64,000 nt of DNA from Eledone cirrhosa. Lineage: Eukaryota. The notes beneath the pieces are model-generated. The model worked only from the letters and a program-made list of their open reading frames with translations, was not told where the DNA came from and made no database searches. This document shows, one piece after another, positions 43,794 to 56,815 of the stretch. The DNA lies in contig OZ024743.1 of assembly GCA_964016885.1 (NCBI GenBank), positions 119,412,001 to 119,476,000 of the forward strand, written 5' to 3'. Within the stretch, counting starts at the first letter, position 1. Each line of letters opens with the position of its first letter. Both the position numbers and the translations under genes were made by a program.

Positions 43794-43981
43794 AAAAAGT
43801 ATGACCCCGACGGCATAGCTCAAGCCGTTTCGACGGCTATTTCTGGACTGAAATAGCCGTCGAAACGGCTTGAGCTCTGCCGTCTGGGTCATACTTTTTC
43901 CTATTTCCCACTCTACTACCCTAAGTATTGAGTACTCTGGTGCGTTATGGTCCATCTGGTTCCTTACCTCAATTCCTTTGT

Positions 43982-43982
<1 letters not shown>
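43789..43982 (-). mobile_element. Hairpin-ended dispersed repeat, copy 3
   Basis: Reverse complement of 32531-32728, with (TA)n on both sides. Confidence 0.85.
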
Positions 43983-44078
<96 letters not shown>

Positions 44079-44228
44079 ATATATATATATATATGCACAG
44101 ACAGACACGCAAACACATATACACACTCACAGAGAGAGAGAGACTCACATGCACACATATATATATAATCAAGTGGTTCAGTTGATTTGTGGTTTACTGA
44201 TGAAGGTACCAAAATCAGCACTCTATGG

Positions 44229-46741
44229 CAGTGCTTCTCAACCTTTTTCAGCCCATGGACCATTTTTTCTTCAAAAAATTCCAATGGACCACTCCTACTT
44301 TTACTTTTAAGCTGTTCCATTTTCACACTAAAATACTTAATGAAAAGACAAAATAGTCTATTTACACTTTAAAATTTATTTTAGTAAACAAGGAAAAACA
44401 CAGGATATCAAAATCAATTTTGATGAAGTCTTTCAGTTTTATTCCATTCAGCTAGTGACTACCTTGTTCTTGGTGTTTCTGACACAAGATATCATAATCA
44501 ATTTTGATGAAGTCATTCAGTCTTAGTCTGATAGTTCCTCTGCTGTTGAGATCTAATTTATTTCTTTTTATACAGAAAACATCCACAACAGCTGAAAATC
44601 CAGATTCCACCATCCATGTGGTAGGGAAAGAAATAATGCTTGCTTCTACATGCTGAAAAATATTTGGATGTCAGTCCTTTATCGATATGTAGGCAAAGAC
44701 ACCTTCTTTGTCAGTTCTTTTTCTCAGTTTTACATTCTCTTTCAAGTCCAACAATATTTCAGCCAACTCAACATTTTCATCTCTTGGCTCATAAATTTCT
44801 AGGTCTACAAACCAGAGTGGATAATCCATCTTTAATAGATCATTGTATCTTCTCTCAAAGTCTACATGAAGATCTTCAAGATGAGCAATGCATGCAGCAA
44901 TGTATTCTGATGTAGGAGCAGTGGTGTTGAAATTTTGAAATGATGCTAAATTTTTTTTCTCAAACTGTTTTTTCCAAAATTTCAATTTCCCCATATAACC
45001 TTATATATTCTGAGCACAGGTGACTACATCTGATCTTCTACCTTGCAGCTCCAAGTTAAGCAGATTCACTGTTTTAAAAATATCACTCAGGTAGAATATT
45101 TTTGATTTAAACTCAGGAAGTCTTTCGAAAATTTCCTTAGCTGTATCAGCTTGCTTCTTGGAGTTGTAATGAGTCATTTGGGACTTGAACATGAGAAAGT
45201 TGATTAATGGTTCCCACAAATTCACTAGTCTTTCACGGCTCAGGCCTTTTGACAACCATCTTACTTCTGTGTGAAGCAATAGGGTTTTAAAATTTTCATC
45301 TTCACAGAATTGCACAAAAAATCTATTATTCACTGAGTTTGATTTGACAAAGTTAATGACAAAGTTGCATGTATGGCAGTGTTGAGTGCTTCTTGCATGT
45401 CTCCTCCAATATTCTTAGCAACCAAATGCTGTCTGTGGATAATGCAATATATATAAAAGATGTGAGGAGCAACTGATTTCATTCTAGAAACAAAGCCTTT
45501 CACTTTTCCAGTCATGGCTGTAGATCCATCTCATGCAATGTTGATCAAATTAGTCAATGGAATATGTTGATCATTAAAATACTGCATTACTTCATTGAAT
45601 ATATCTTCTCCTTTAGTAGTTTCAGGCTAACTTTTAATGAATAACATTTCTTCCCTTTTATCATCTTCATGGATGAATCTGACATAGACCAGAAGGATAG
45701 CTTGGTTATGAATTGTGCTCTCATCAACCTGGATAGAAAACTTTGTCTTTTGCAGAATTTCCAACATATTCTCCTCAACAAAAGTAGACATTTCATCCTG
45801 TCTTCTTGCAATAGTGTCATTTGAAAGTGGAATTGTACTCAGGGTAGATGCAGCATCTTTTACCAGAACCTCATTTGCACAAGCTATCATAGCAGGCTTG
45901 GCAAGCTTCTCACCATAAACCTGAGGTGTTGCAAACTTGGCAATCATTTCAGAGACCAAATAACTTGGTTTGAGTGTCTTTGCTTTTGCAGTATTCGTCT
46001 TCTTTACAAAGTCGGGTAGTTTGACTGGCTGTCTTTTATTTTTATTCTCAAAATATTCCCTATCTTTACCAACAGATGATGGATGCTTTGATTTCTGGTG
46101 CTGCTCCAGCTTAACTTTCTTCACGTAATGATTTGTCAAGATGGCACCACATTCAAGACACATAGGTCTTGAGTCTACAGATACAAAGCCAAACATGATA
46201 AAATCTTCTGTGTAATTCTTCAGTTTTGCCTTTTTAGCAGTTGGTTCAGACATTCTTACAACTGATATGAAAAAAAAAAAATAATAAATACTTTATTACT
46301 ATAAATTACAAATATCAAATTTATTATCAAACAATATTGTGTAGTGACCTATTAGCATAGAAATATTTTTTTTGTTCCTTGTGGCGGACATAGGTACCGA
46401 GTCTTTGCTATTCTCTTGAATATCTTACTATAATTTGCCGAATGTCCGGCTGTCTGTCCGTTTTAGTTATCAATGAAGAAGATTTCACGGTACGTACATT
46501 CGTTACAAGTACCATTTTTTTATATGAATAAAAAAATAAAATAAATATAGCACTGCATAATACCTACGTAATTTCGAAATCTTCAAATATAATGGACATG
46601 TGTGTAATTAAACAAAATATTATATTAGTTACATTTTTGTGAAATTACTACAATTTTTTTATGGCTACGAATTCTCTGTGGACCACTAGAAATGCTATGC
46701 GCGCCACCGGTGGTCCACCTGAACCACGTTGAGAATCACTC
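44229..46741 (-). mobile_element. hAT DNA transposon, Buster/Charlie group
   Basis: TIRs CAGTGCTTCTCAAC / GTTGAGAATCACT; 8-bp TSD CTCTATGG (44221-28) / CTCTATGC (46742-49). Confidence 0.9.
44452..46253 (-). pseudogene. Frameshifted hAT transposase (ZBED5/SCAND3/Buster-like)
   Basis: BED finger CLEC..H..KH, IPLSNDT, FSIQVDEST, CIIHRQHL, LLLHTEVRWLSKG, YLSDIF, terminal QGSH*. Confidence 0.9.
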
Positions 46742-46770
46742 CTCTATGCTATGGCTGAGTGTCTGTAGTG

Positions 46771-46929
46771 AGAACAAGACGAGGTATCACATTAAGGTCT
46801 GCATAAGCAGATTGTGCTGGAGTCGGGTCGGGTCTATAATATTAACATGGATTCTGAGACTCCATCTGAGAAACGGTCAAGACTATTCATAATCAATAAA
46901 GACCTTAATGTGAAACCTCGTCTTGTTCT
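46771..46929. repeat. 30-bp inverted repeat (29/30 match), 99-bp spacer
   Basis: AGAACAAGACGAGGTATCACATTAAGGTCT versus 46900-46929. Confidence 0.85.
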
Positions 46930-47227
46930 TTGTTCTTCATATATATAAATATATAGACTTTGAAATTTATGAGAAAGAAGCTTCATCAAAACTTTTGTCT
47001 ATAGAAATATAATTTAAATCATATACAAAGAGACCACACGTTCATGTTTGCTGGATAAGCATTCAAGTCTGGCAAGCATGAAAGTCCATTCATGTCCTGA
47101 ATGTGCTAGATGTCCATCTTTTTCCGTTAAGGAAACCTATACAAATATGCCCTACTATTTAGACTATTTTTCTAGTCAAAACAATTTGATGAATCCTCTA
47201 ACGTTCTCAACAATTTCATTTATATAT

Positions 47228-48135
47228 AGAAGGGGATTTCAAAACGTTTGTGGAAAAGGGACAGTTTAAGTTATGATGTTTATTTTTGAACATATGCTCC
47301 AACTAGGTCAATACATGTTTGCAAACGTTGATACCAGCTTTTAAGTCCAGCTGTGTGAAACTGAGAGCCATGCGATTTAAACCATATCAAAGCAGCTTTT
47401 TTTACATCTTTCACTGATGGAATATGAGTATTTGTTAATGATTTGGTTTAGGTTTGGAAACAAAAAGAAGTTGGATCGGGACTGTAAAGTATGTGTCGGA
47501 TGATTTCCCATTGAAATTCGCGTAAGATAGCTCGTGTTGCGCCGAGCCCCGTGAACGGGCGCATTATCGTGGTGGAAGAGGACGCGCCGATGTAGCGTAC
47601 CCGGGTATTTTTCTGCAATTTTCTTGGCCAGTTTTCTCAAAACTCCTTCATAATATGCAGCTTTAATTGTTCTCTTGTTCTCGAGGAAATCAACCAGCAA
47701 AATCCCATCCGACTTTGCCTTGACTCGTCCACTTCCACCCCTGGGCAGCTACGCTTCGATTGAGTTTTGTGATCATCTTCAACCTCATCTCTTCCACTTC
47801 TTAAACGACATATTCATTTGTAGGTTATTGATTTTTTGGGGACATTGTCCACTTAAACTTGCTCCAGAGCTTCAATGATTTGGCTGCTCTTCCACCCTAG
47901 CTTCACCATGACTTAGATGTTTGTCCTGGCCTCAATTTTGATGGAGGCTATGTTTTTGTCGAGCGTGTGCTGACTTCCGACTGGTGGCCTCGCGTTGCAA
48001 CATACATTTAAGGGTTCATGATAGAACATGTTATGACACGTTAGTACGAGAACGTACAGGTGCACTGAAAATCAAAATCTCAGCAAATGAGTTTTAGCTA
48101 TGTACGTTTAGTATGAACCTTTTGAAGCCTCTTCG
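47228..48135 (-). mobile_element. Internally deleted mariner (Hsmar2/irritans-like)
   Basis: GILLVDFLE..AYYEGVLRKLAK..VLFHHDNAPVH, FFLFPNL; TIR-like GAAG.GG.TTCAAAA.GTT at both ends with TA. Confidence 0.85.
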
Positions 48136-48641
48136 TATATATGAATTTGAAGCAGTGCGGGTAGGCACGGTAAGTTTGGAATTTGAAAATATGAAACATG
48201 AGAGTGCTAAATGTTGAAAATTACTGTAATATAAGTAGAATATTATAGATAATATTTGAGAACATTAGGGAATGGTCGTCTCTTAAGAGTGTAGTTATTT
48301 TATGTTTGAAACTCTCACATTTCAAATTTTTATTTGGTGGTAGGTGATGTCGGAGATAGAAAAGGTAGGATAGAAGATTGAATTTCGAAGATCAAGGAAA
48401 ACTTGGGTATTCAAATATCTTCACATAAAAAGTTGTAATCAGAGAATTTTGAATTAAGTATTTTGTATTATGCGTCAGTCTGTCATGTTTAACGATATTG
48501 TGCTATCACTTAAATGAATATATTCATTCTGCAAAACGTGTTGTGTATCGTATTTGCGTTCACGACATTCTAATATCTACATACATACAGGCATACATAC
48601 ATAAATACATGCATATACAGACATATCTATCCCCCCACCCA

Positions 48642-48674
<33 letters not shown>

Positions 48675-48687
48675 GCCTCACACATAA

Positions 48688-48744
<57 letters not shown>

Positions 48745-49480
48745 AAGATATATAATATATATATGTATATATAAACATGCTCACACACACGCATATATGC
48801 ACACACACAAATACACACACAAACATATATATATACATACATAAATATATATGTGTAAGTGTGTATGTCTGTGTGTCTGTGTATCTATGTGTCTTTGTGT
48901 CTTTTTATGGTGTATATACATTTTATGATACTAAAAACAAGAAACCATAATTTTTCGATCCCACCTCATTTGGAAATGATCCAGACTTGAATAAACACAA
49001 GTAAATAGGTGATTAGTCAGCAAGAACTAACTGATTTCTGGTCGACCACTGTTGTAGTTTTACTGCGTGGTCACTTTATATTAGGTTCGATTAATCTGAT
49101 CTGTGAACTAGAGCAGAACTAATTACTATGTGTTCGACCGTATGAATAGATTACCGTTCTCGGCAGACAAGCGCAGAGAGCGATATAGACAAATATATTA
49201 TGATAACACCAATAGCCAATAAATACATGTCTATTATACATTTCACAATCTACCGAGTAAGACATAAACACGCCTACACGTATGTATAATATACGTATGT
49301 GTATCTATCAGTATGTATATGTATGTATATATGTATGTATGTACGTATATATGAATGTGTGTGTATATATATATGGGGGGGGGGACGTGTATATAAATGG
49401 ATACACATAGCCTCACACATAAGTATATATATATATACCAAGATAATAATAAATGGTAACTATATTTATAGAACCATATT

Positions 49481-49545
49481 TATTTTATTATATATATTTC
49501 AAGGGCGACCAAGCAAATCTTGGTGCGCATTCATCAGATAAAATA
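49481..49545 (-). ncRNA. Type I hammerhead ribozyme
   Basis: Reverse-complement copy of 49669-49733 with an intact core. Confidence 0.85.
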
Positions 49546-49668
49546 CAAAATTTGTTTTATAAATAATGACATACCCATGGAAATCACACCTTAACGGTCC
49601 GATAATTTGCTGGATAGTGTTAATGTGTGATTTCCATGGGTATGTCATTATTTATAAAACTAATTTTG

Positions 49669-49733
49669 TATTTTATCTGATGAAAGCGCACCAAGGTTTG
49701 CTTGGTCGCCCTTGAAATATATATAATAAAATA
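49669..49733 (+). ncRNA. Type I hammerhead ribozyme
   Basis: tattttat-CTGATGA(49677-83)-accaag/cttggt stem II-GAAA(49714-17)-tatata-TA-ataaaata. Confidence 0.85.
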
Positions 49734-49859
49734 AATATGCTTTTATAAATATAGTTTCCTTTTATTATTATCTTGGAATATTTACTCCAGTAACTTGTTG
49801 CTTTATATAAGTTATAAACATTTATGTTTGTCGGAATTCCAACAAATTAAATACAGCTC

Positions 49860-49998
<139 letters not shown>

Positions 49999-50238
49999 TA
50001 AACAATTCAAAGAAATACAACGACACATGCGAATACATACATATACATGCATATACCCACATATATCCCTGAATTTGTGTGGTGCCAACCTTAACCGTTG
50101 TTGCTCTATGAATAATAGGGATAAAATAATCTGAATGGATTAGATTGATTCAATATCAGAGCTATATAATACATTATACAGAGAGAAGAAACATTAGACA
50201 TAAAATAAAAAATATATAATATACCCAAATTCCTTCAT

Positions 50239-50334
50239 TATCCTCGACTGCGTAGTTTTGTGGCTACTTTGCAAAAACACTACATCATAGAGATATAGTA
50301 TTTTTGTGAGGTTTGCCGACTTATCAAGAGAATA
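50239..50334 (-). ncRNA. Hammerhead variant (C3U/G8A, plus G12A in this copy)
   Basis: Reverse complement of 50577-50672 with GAAA changed to AAAA. Confidence 0.6.
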
Positions 50335-50576
50335 CCTCAATTAGAGTTTCAAAACACGTCTGTTGGACGCGAGATAGAATCCCGAAAGGTGGAGGGGGAA
50401 CTTATCACGTGATACAACGGTCAAGAAACAGAGTTAAGCCTCTTAAAACCAAGAGAAAAATACCACAAAAGGCGGAGGGGGGTATTTATGTCAAGGCCAT
50501 AGACGAGTTGGCTAGGAGGGCGAGGGCGGGATTCTATCTCGCGTCCAACGGACCTGTTATGAAACTCTAATTGAAG

Positions 50577-50672
50577 TATTCTCTTGATAAGTCGGCAAAC
50601 CTCACAAAAATACTACATCTCTATGATGTAATGTTTTTGCAAAGTAGCCACGAAACTACGTAGTCGAGGATA
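50577..50672 (+). ncRNA. Type I hammerhead with compensatory C3U/G8A core
   Basis: tattctc-TTGATAA(50584-90)-gtcggc..gccac-GAAA(50652-55)-ctacgtag-TC-gaggata. Confidence 0.75.
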
Positions 50673-51087
50673 TTATATTTTTTTATTCTATGTCTAATGT
50701 TTCTTCTTTCTTTATAATATTATATAGCCCCTGATATTGAATCAATCTAATCCATTCAGATTATTTTGTCCCTATTATTCATAGAGCAACAACGGTTAAG
50801 GTTGGCACCACACAAATTCAGGGATATATGTGGGTATATGAATGTATATGTATGTATTCGCATGTGTCGTTGTATTTCTTTGTACGGTAGAGTAACCACT
50901 GAAGTGTAGTGACTGCTATAAAGCTTACACTACCCACACTTCTCGCCCTCCTAGCCAACTCGTCTATGGCCTTGACATAAATACCCCCTCCGCCTTTTGT
51001 GGTATTTTTCTCTTGGTTGTAAGAGGCTTAACTCTGTTTCTTGACCGCTGTATCACGTGATAAGTTCCCCCTCCGCCTTTCGGGATT

Positions 51088-51441
51088 CTACCAATATTTT
51101 ATTAACTTTTTTATTTCCGAGATTTGTCCTTTTAAAGTTCTAAGGTATTGGTGACCTATATATGGGTTTTTCCTGAATTTAATTTTCTTAAGTATACTTA
51201 GCATTTCAGTTTCAAAATCCTCCAGGAGTTTGTTGTATGGAGGATTCTTTCTGGATTTAAATATAGTTTTGAAATAATTACTGTTGGTTTTTCTTTTAGC
51301 TTCTTTATTATCGAAATGAAATGCTCGCCATCTCACTCTTCTTATACAAGAGTTTGTTTGTTCAATAAGTTTCCCCATGTATTCCTCATTAGATGATATA
51401 CGTATATCCTTGAGGGATGTCGGGAAGGTGAAGAATTCCAT
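51088..51441 (-). pseudogene. Inverted N-terminus of the PLE ORF
   Basis: SLKDI..Y..KLIEQ..IRRVRWRAFHF..FKS..PP..L.DFE; 51090-51192 is the reverse complement of 52664-52767. Confidence 0.85.
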
Positions 51442-51643
51442 AATTTATTAAATATTCAATCTATTGTAGAGAAAAGTGCTCAACCAGCTGGGAGCTATAT
51501 ATATTTAAAAGTTAAAAAAGGTTCAATGAATACATCAAAGAATGAGTTTTACAATAGATTGGAAGCACTTAACAGATAAGGTTTTCCAGAGTTATTAATA
51601 TTAATTCAAAATATTAACAAAAGAGATATTCTTGTAATCAATT

Positions 51644-51710
51644 TATTTTATTATACATATTTCAGAGGTACTGGGTTAAGTTCAACAGTACGTCCTCATC
51701 AGATAAAATA
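51644..51710 (-). ncRNA. Type I hammerhead in the 5' (inverted) pLTR
   Basis: Reverse complement: tattttat-CTGATGA-..gtactg/cagtac..-GAAA-tatgta-TA-ataaaata. Confidence 0.85.
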
Positions 51711-52663
51711 AGATGATGCATGACATACCCTGACATAGTAGATGGTTAAGATTCAGTCATGGTAGTGATTAACATATGACAAAACTCAATATTTATACCC
51801 TAATATTGAGAACATGAGAAAAATATATAATACAAACAATAGAGAGGGTGCGTGTAATACAGCTTAAAAAATACATGGCATCAATATAACAGTTAAAACA
51901 TTTTTATTTTATTTTAAACTACTGAAGAAAGAGGAAAGAAAGGAAAGCATAGAGGAAGAAACAGTTGATGTGAAAATATATTTAGTAGGTGCCTCGAAAA
52001 ACAAATGAAAGATGATTAAAGAGAGAGACAGAGATAAAGGGGAGTAATTTATGTTCAAGTTTATAGACAATTATCCATATATGCAATATATATCCAAACT
52101 TATTTAGTTGACCGTTAATATTCAAAATATTTAATTTAAGTTATTTCAGAGTAATGAGTAATATTTTAGGTTTTAGAAGTTAATAGGTATTTGTATTAAT
52201 ATTATATTATACTGTCAAGTTTAATTTCTAAAAGTCAAATTTTATGAAAACAAATTTAAAGGATTTACGAAACACGAGAAAGAAAATATATAATGCTTTT
52301 ATACCCTCACGAAGGTAATCTTTACCAAAATTATTTGTAATATTGACAACAGTTTATATAATATAATTTATAAAATAATTATACTTATAATTATTAAAGA
52401 ATTTATGATTAAACAGTTTGAGTGCCTAAAGGATCAACCGGCCTTATAACTAACCTTAAAGAAGTCTGAATTTTTAATTATATATATGTGTTAATCAAAA
52501 AATACACAAGGATTATAATGTCTAAAAACTTAAGGTGATACCTTTCAAATATATATAATATAATAAAATACAATAATACAATATAGTAAATAAGTAAATA
52601 ATTTTTTTTATTTTAAACTACTGAAGAAAGAGGAAAGAAAGGAAAGCATAGAGGAAGAAACAG

Positions 52664-54730
52664 CTTAAGAAAATTAAATTCAGGAAAAACCCATATATAG
52701 GTCACCAATACCTTAGAACTTTAAAAGAAAAAATCTCGAAAATAAAAAAAGTTAATAAAATATTGGTTAAATCTGACAAAACAAATAATTTATATGGGAT
52801 AAATAAAGAAGAATATAATGATTTGATTTTAAAAGAACTAAGGAAAAATTATAAAAAAGCCCCAGATGAAGATCTTACAGACATCAATAATGATGCATAT
52901 AAATTAATTGCAAAGTTAAGAATTGAAGGAAGAACCGAGCCTCTTATACCTAGACAGCCGAGGATCAATTTTAAAGATCACAAAAGAAACTTTGAGGAAG
53001 ACCTGCCAGTTAGACTGATTGCTCCATCTAAATCGGATATTGGAGTAATCAGTAAAAATATTATTGATAGAATCCTACCTATTTTGAAATTGAGGTCTAA
53101 ATTGAGCTTGTGGAAGGATACAAATAAAGTGATTGGTATAAAAATATAGATGTTAAGAAAAACCATAAATTCATCCAGATGGACATAACAAGCTATTACT
53201 CTTCCATTACGCCTAACCTACTAAATAAGGTTTTATCATACGCTTACAAACATACAGATCTAACTACGGATGAAATTGATATTATATTAACTGCTAGAAA
53301 AACTCTAATTAACTTCAACAATGAGTATTGGACCCGCTCAGATAGAAATAGAAACTTCGACATTACCATGGGATCAGCGCAAGTCACGGATCTTCTGGGG
53401 ATTTTCATCTTAAATATGATAAATAGAAAACTGCCGGAGATTACCGGTGGTTTATATAGGTACGATATTTTATTTACGGTTGTTAAACACAACAATACAG
53501 AACTAAATAGGGTAAAGAAAAATATAATTGAATTCTTTAAAAATTACGACCTTAAACTAGAGGTAGAAAGTGGCACCAAAATAGTTAATTTCCTTGATGT
53601 TACCCTTAACTTAAACTCTGGTTTTTATTACCCTTTCCATAAGCCCAATGAAAACTTAAATTACGTTAGTTATTACTCTAATCACCCTAAATCTGTGAAA
53701 AACGCAATTGTAAATAGTGTACAGAAACGCGTAACTAGAATATCTGCCAATAAATCAATATTTGATGAAAAAGCTGTATATAACAATGATGCGCCAAGAA
53801 AGGCAGGTTATAAAACTAATTGTTTCTACTTTTGGCACAAGGCCAGCAATTAACCAGTACATTACTGGTACTTTATTTTATCGACCCCGTAAGGATGAAA
53901 GGCAAAGTTAAAAATAATATAGAATATATAGACAATAATAATCTGAGTCTTAATCCTGATAAAAATAATGGCATATATAAACGAAATTCTAAAAATTCCA
54001 ATAATTATAATTCAAACACCTGTACTGTGAGTAGATCGGGGAAAAGAACCAGAACTAAATCAGTTATATGGTTTTCCCCCCTGCTCCTGTAGCAGTAAGA
54101 ACACCAATAGCTAATCTATTTTTTAAAGCTTTAGATAGTTCCTTCCCTGGTCAACATAAATACCACTCCATATTTAATAGACACACAATTAAACTTTCTT
54201 ATTCTACAACTATGAATATGGCCCAAAACATCGCTAAACTAAATAGTATAATTCTAAACCAAAATCAACATAATGCTATTAATAATAGTGTTAATATAAA
54301 TAATAATAAATTGAAATGTAATTGTAGAAATAAACCAGATTTCCCTCTTCAAAATAATTGTCTGGATAACAAATAACAACACATACAACTACATAGGGGC
54401 AACTTCTTCGACATTTAAATCGAGATTTGCGAATCACGAATGCTCATTTTCGAATTTTAATAGGAAGTCTTCGACTTCTTTATCACAACTTATATGGTCA
54501 TTAAAAGACAAAAATTTTAAATACTCGATCTTTTGGACGAAGCTTTGTAATAGTAAAATATACACAAACTCGTCTATATCAGCTAACTGCAACCTCTGCA
54601 CAAAGGAGACCCTATTAATAATTACTAATTATGAAAACTTAATTAACAAAAAAGTGAATTATTCTCAAACTACCTTCATAAATCTTTGTCTACATTCGAA
54701 GCCTCGCAAAAAGTCAGGAAAAAACACTAA
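52664..54730 (+). pseudogene. PLE reverse transcriptase + GIY-YIG endonuclease (defective)
   Basis: SDKTNNLY, KDHK, RLIAPSKS, DITSYYSSI, FDITMGS, GLYRYD (YRDD mutated), NFLDVTLNL, SNHP, CNCR..PL..C, YIG..FKSRF.NH..SF, LS.LIWSLK, CNLC.KE. Frameshift at ~53134 and a SINE insertion. Confidence 0.92.
53821..53909 (-). mobile_element. 5'-truncated tRNA SINE inserted in the PLE ORF
   Basis: Family 3' half with AAAA(C/A)TAAT flanks; removing it restores AGYKTNIEY. Confidence 0.9.
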
Positions 54731-56708
54731 ACAATCAGGCTTTAATTTTTCACGTCTCTTATCAACTGTTGGGCCTAAAAAGTCATAACGGTTTATAAAA
54801 CTTTAATAATGCTTTATCTTCTAATCGTTTATGATAGAATTAATGTTAGAATGAAGGATCCTCTTTAGATATATAAACATATTATTTGGTAACTTTTTTA
54901 CTTGATAAATATGCACACCTTAGGATTATTTGAGATATTTATCATTTTGATTCGGATCTTTATTTATCTGTCTCTGTTTTAAATATATAATTTGGATATT
55001 TAACTTGTAAATTTACCGATTATAATTGAACTGTAGATCATTCATGCATTTGCATATTTTACTAATTTTGAGTATGTTTTGGGGACTCAGAAAGTTAGAT
55101 TTGCTTTTATTTATTTTTTATATATATCTAGGTATAAATATAACAAACCATAAAAGTCGACAAATATTGGTCTCTCTCTCCACTGAACTGGAGGTAAAAC
55201 TACAATTAGAGCATTACTAATAATGATTATAATTATTTATTTATTAAATGTATACCGTTTCAGTAATACCTATAATAATATCTCTATATAGCTGTACAAA
55301 TATGTTTACCTAGTGTAATAACATACTCGTAGTTACATTTATAAATAATTTAGACACTCAAATGACTCTATATTGTTATAAGTGTTTGATATTCCCTGGA
55401 AGTTCGAATTTATATAATAATTTTTACTTAATTTAATATAATTTAATTTAATTTAATTTAATTTATTTTAATTAAATTTAGATTACTTTCGGCTTTTTCA
55501 AATATTTATCTCCTCTTTCTATCACATTCGCTAAAATATTTTAGACGTGTCTTTTGTCTACTATATATTAAAACCCTATTACATTTTATAATATATTTTT
55601 AATATTGGGCATCTTTAACTTTCGCAAACAATTCATTATTTTTATTTTTTCATTTTTATATTTATTTTGTATCTAGCCCCTATCATTAGGACTCATGTAG
55701 TTTTGACTTATATATTTAGAGTATATATCAACTAAATGAAAATAATTGATATAAAACATTAATTTTTTAACAATATATTTTAACTATATATATTTTTTTA
55801 AAATATTTTCAGTAACTTATTTACTATATTGTATTATTGTATTTTATTATATTATATTATATATATTTGAAAGGTATCACCTTAAGTCTTTAGACATTAT
55901 AATCCTTGTGTATTTTTTGATTAACACATATATATAATTAAAAATTCAGTCTTCTTTAAGGTTAGTTATAAGGCCGGTTGATCCTTTAGGCACTCAAACT
56001 GTTTAATCATAAATTCTTTAATAATTATAAGTATAATTATTTTATAAATTATATTATATAAACTGTTGTCAATATTATAAATAATTTTGGTAAAGATTAC
56101 CTTCGTGAAGGGATAAAAGCATTATATATTTTCTTTCTCGTGTTTCGTAAATCCTTTAAATTTGTTTTCATAAAATTTGAATTTTAAAAATTAAACTTGA
56201 CAGTATAATATAATATTAATACAAATACCTATTAACTTCTAAAACCTAAAATATTACTCATTACACTGAAATAACTTAAATTAAATATTTTGAATATTAA
56301 CGGTCAACTAAATAAGTTTGGATATATATTGCATATATGAATAATTGTCTATAAACTTGAACATAAATTACTCCTCTTTGTCTCTCTCTCTCTCTCTCTT
56401 TAATCATCTTTCATTTGTTTTTCGAGGCACCTACTAAATATATTTTCACATCAACTGTTTCTTCCTCTATGCTTTCCTTTCTTTCCTCTTTCTTCAGTAG
56501 TTTAAAATAAAAAATATTTTTTTGAACTGTTATATTGATGCCATGTATTTTTTAAACTGTATTACACCCACCCTCTCTATTGTTTGTATTATATATTTTT
56601 CTCATGTTCTCAATATTAAAATATAAATATTGAGTTTTGTCATATGTTAATCACTACCATGACTGAATCTTAACCATCTACTATGTCAGGGTATGTCATG
56701 CATCATCT

Positions 56709-56775
56709 TATTTTATCTGATGAGGACGTACTGTTGAACTTAACTCAGTACCTCTGAAATCTGTATAATAAAATA
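56709..56775 (+). ncRNA. Type I hammerhead in the 3' pLTR
   Basis: CTGATGA at 56717-23, GAAA at 56756-59, UA cleavage after 56767, stem I tattttat/ataaaata. Confidence 0.85.
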
Positions 56776-56815
56776 TAATTGATCACAAGAATATCTATTT
56801 TGTTAATATTTTGAA

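Larger units (their letters stand above)
49438..49776. mobile_element. Fold-back palindrome with two divergent hammerheads (PLE pLTR-like)
   Basis: ~158-bp arms (49438-49595 / 49619-49776) with a 23-nt spacer; the left end abuts (TA)n. Confidence 0.9.
50028..51090. mobile_element. Retrozyme-like ~554-nt unit present as two inverted, circularly permuted copies
   Basis: 50028-50382 pairs with 50528-50882, and 50374-50524 with 50942-51090; CGGGATTCTA at 50527 and 51081. Confidence 0.8.
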
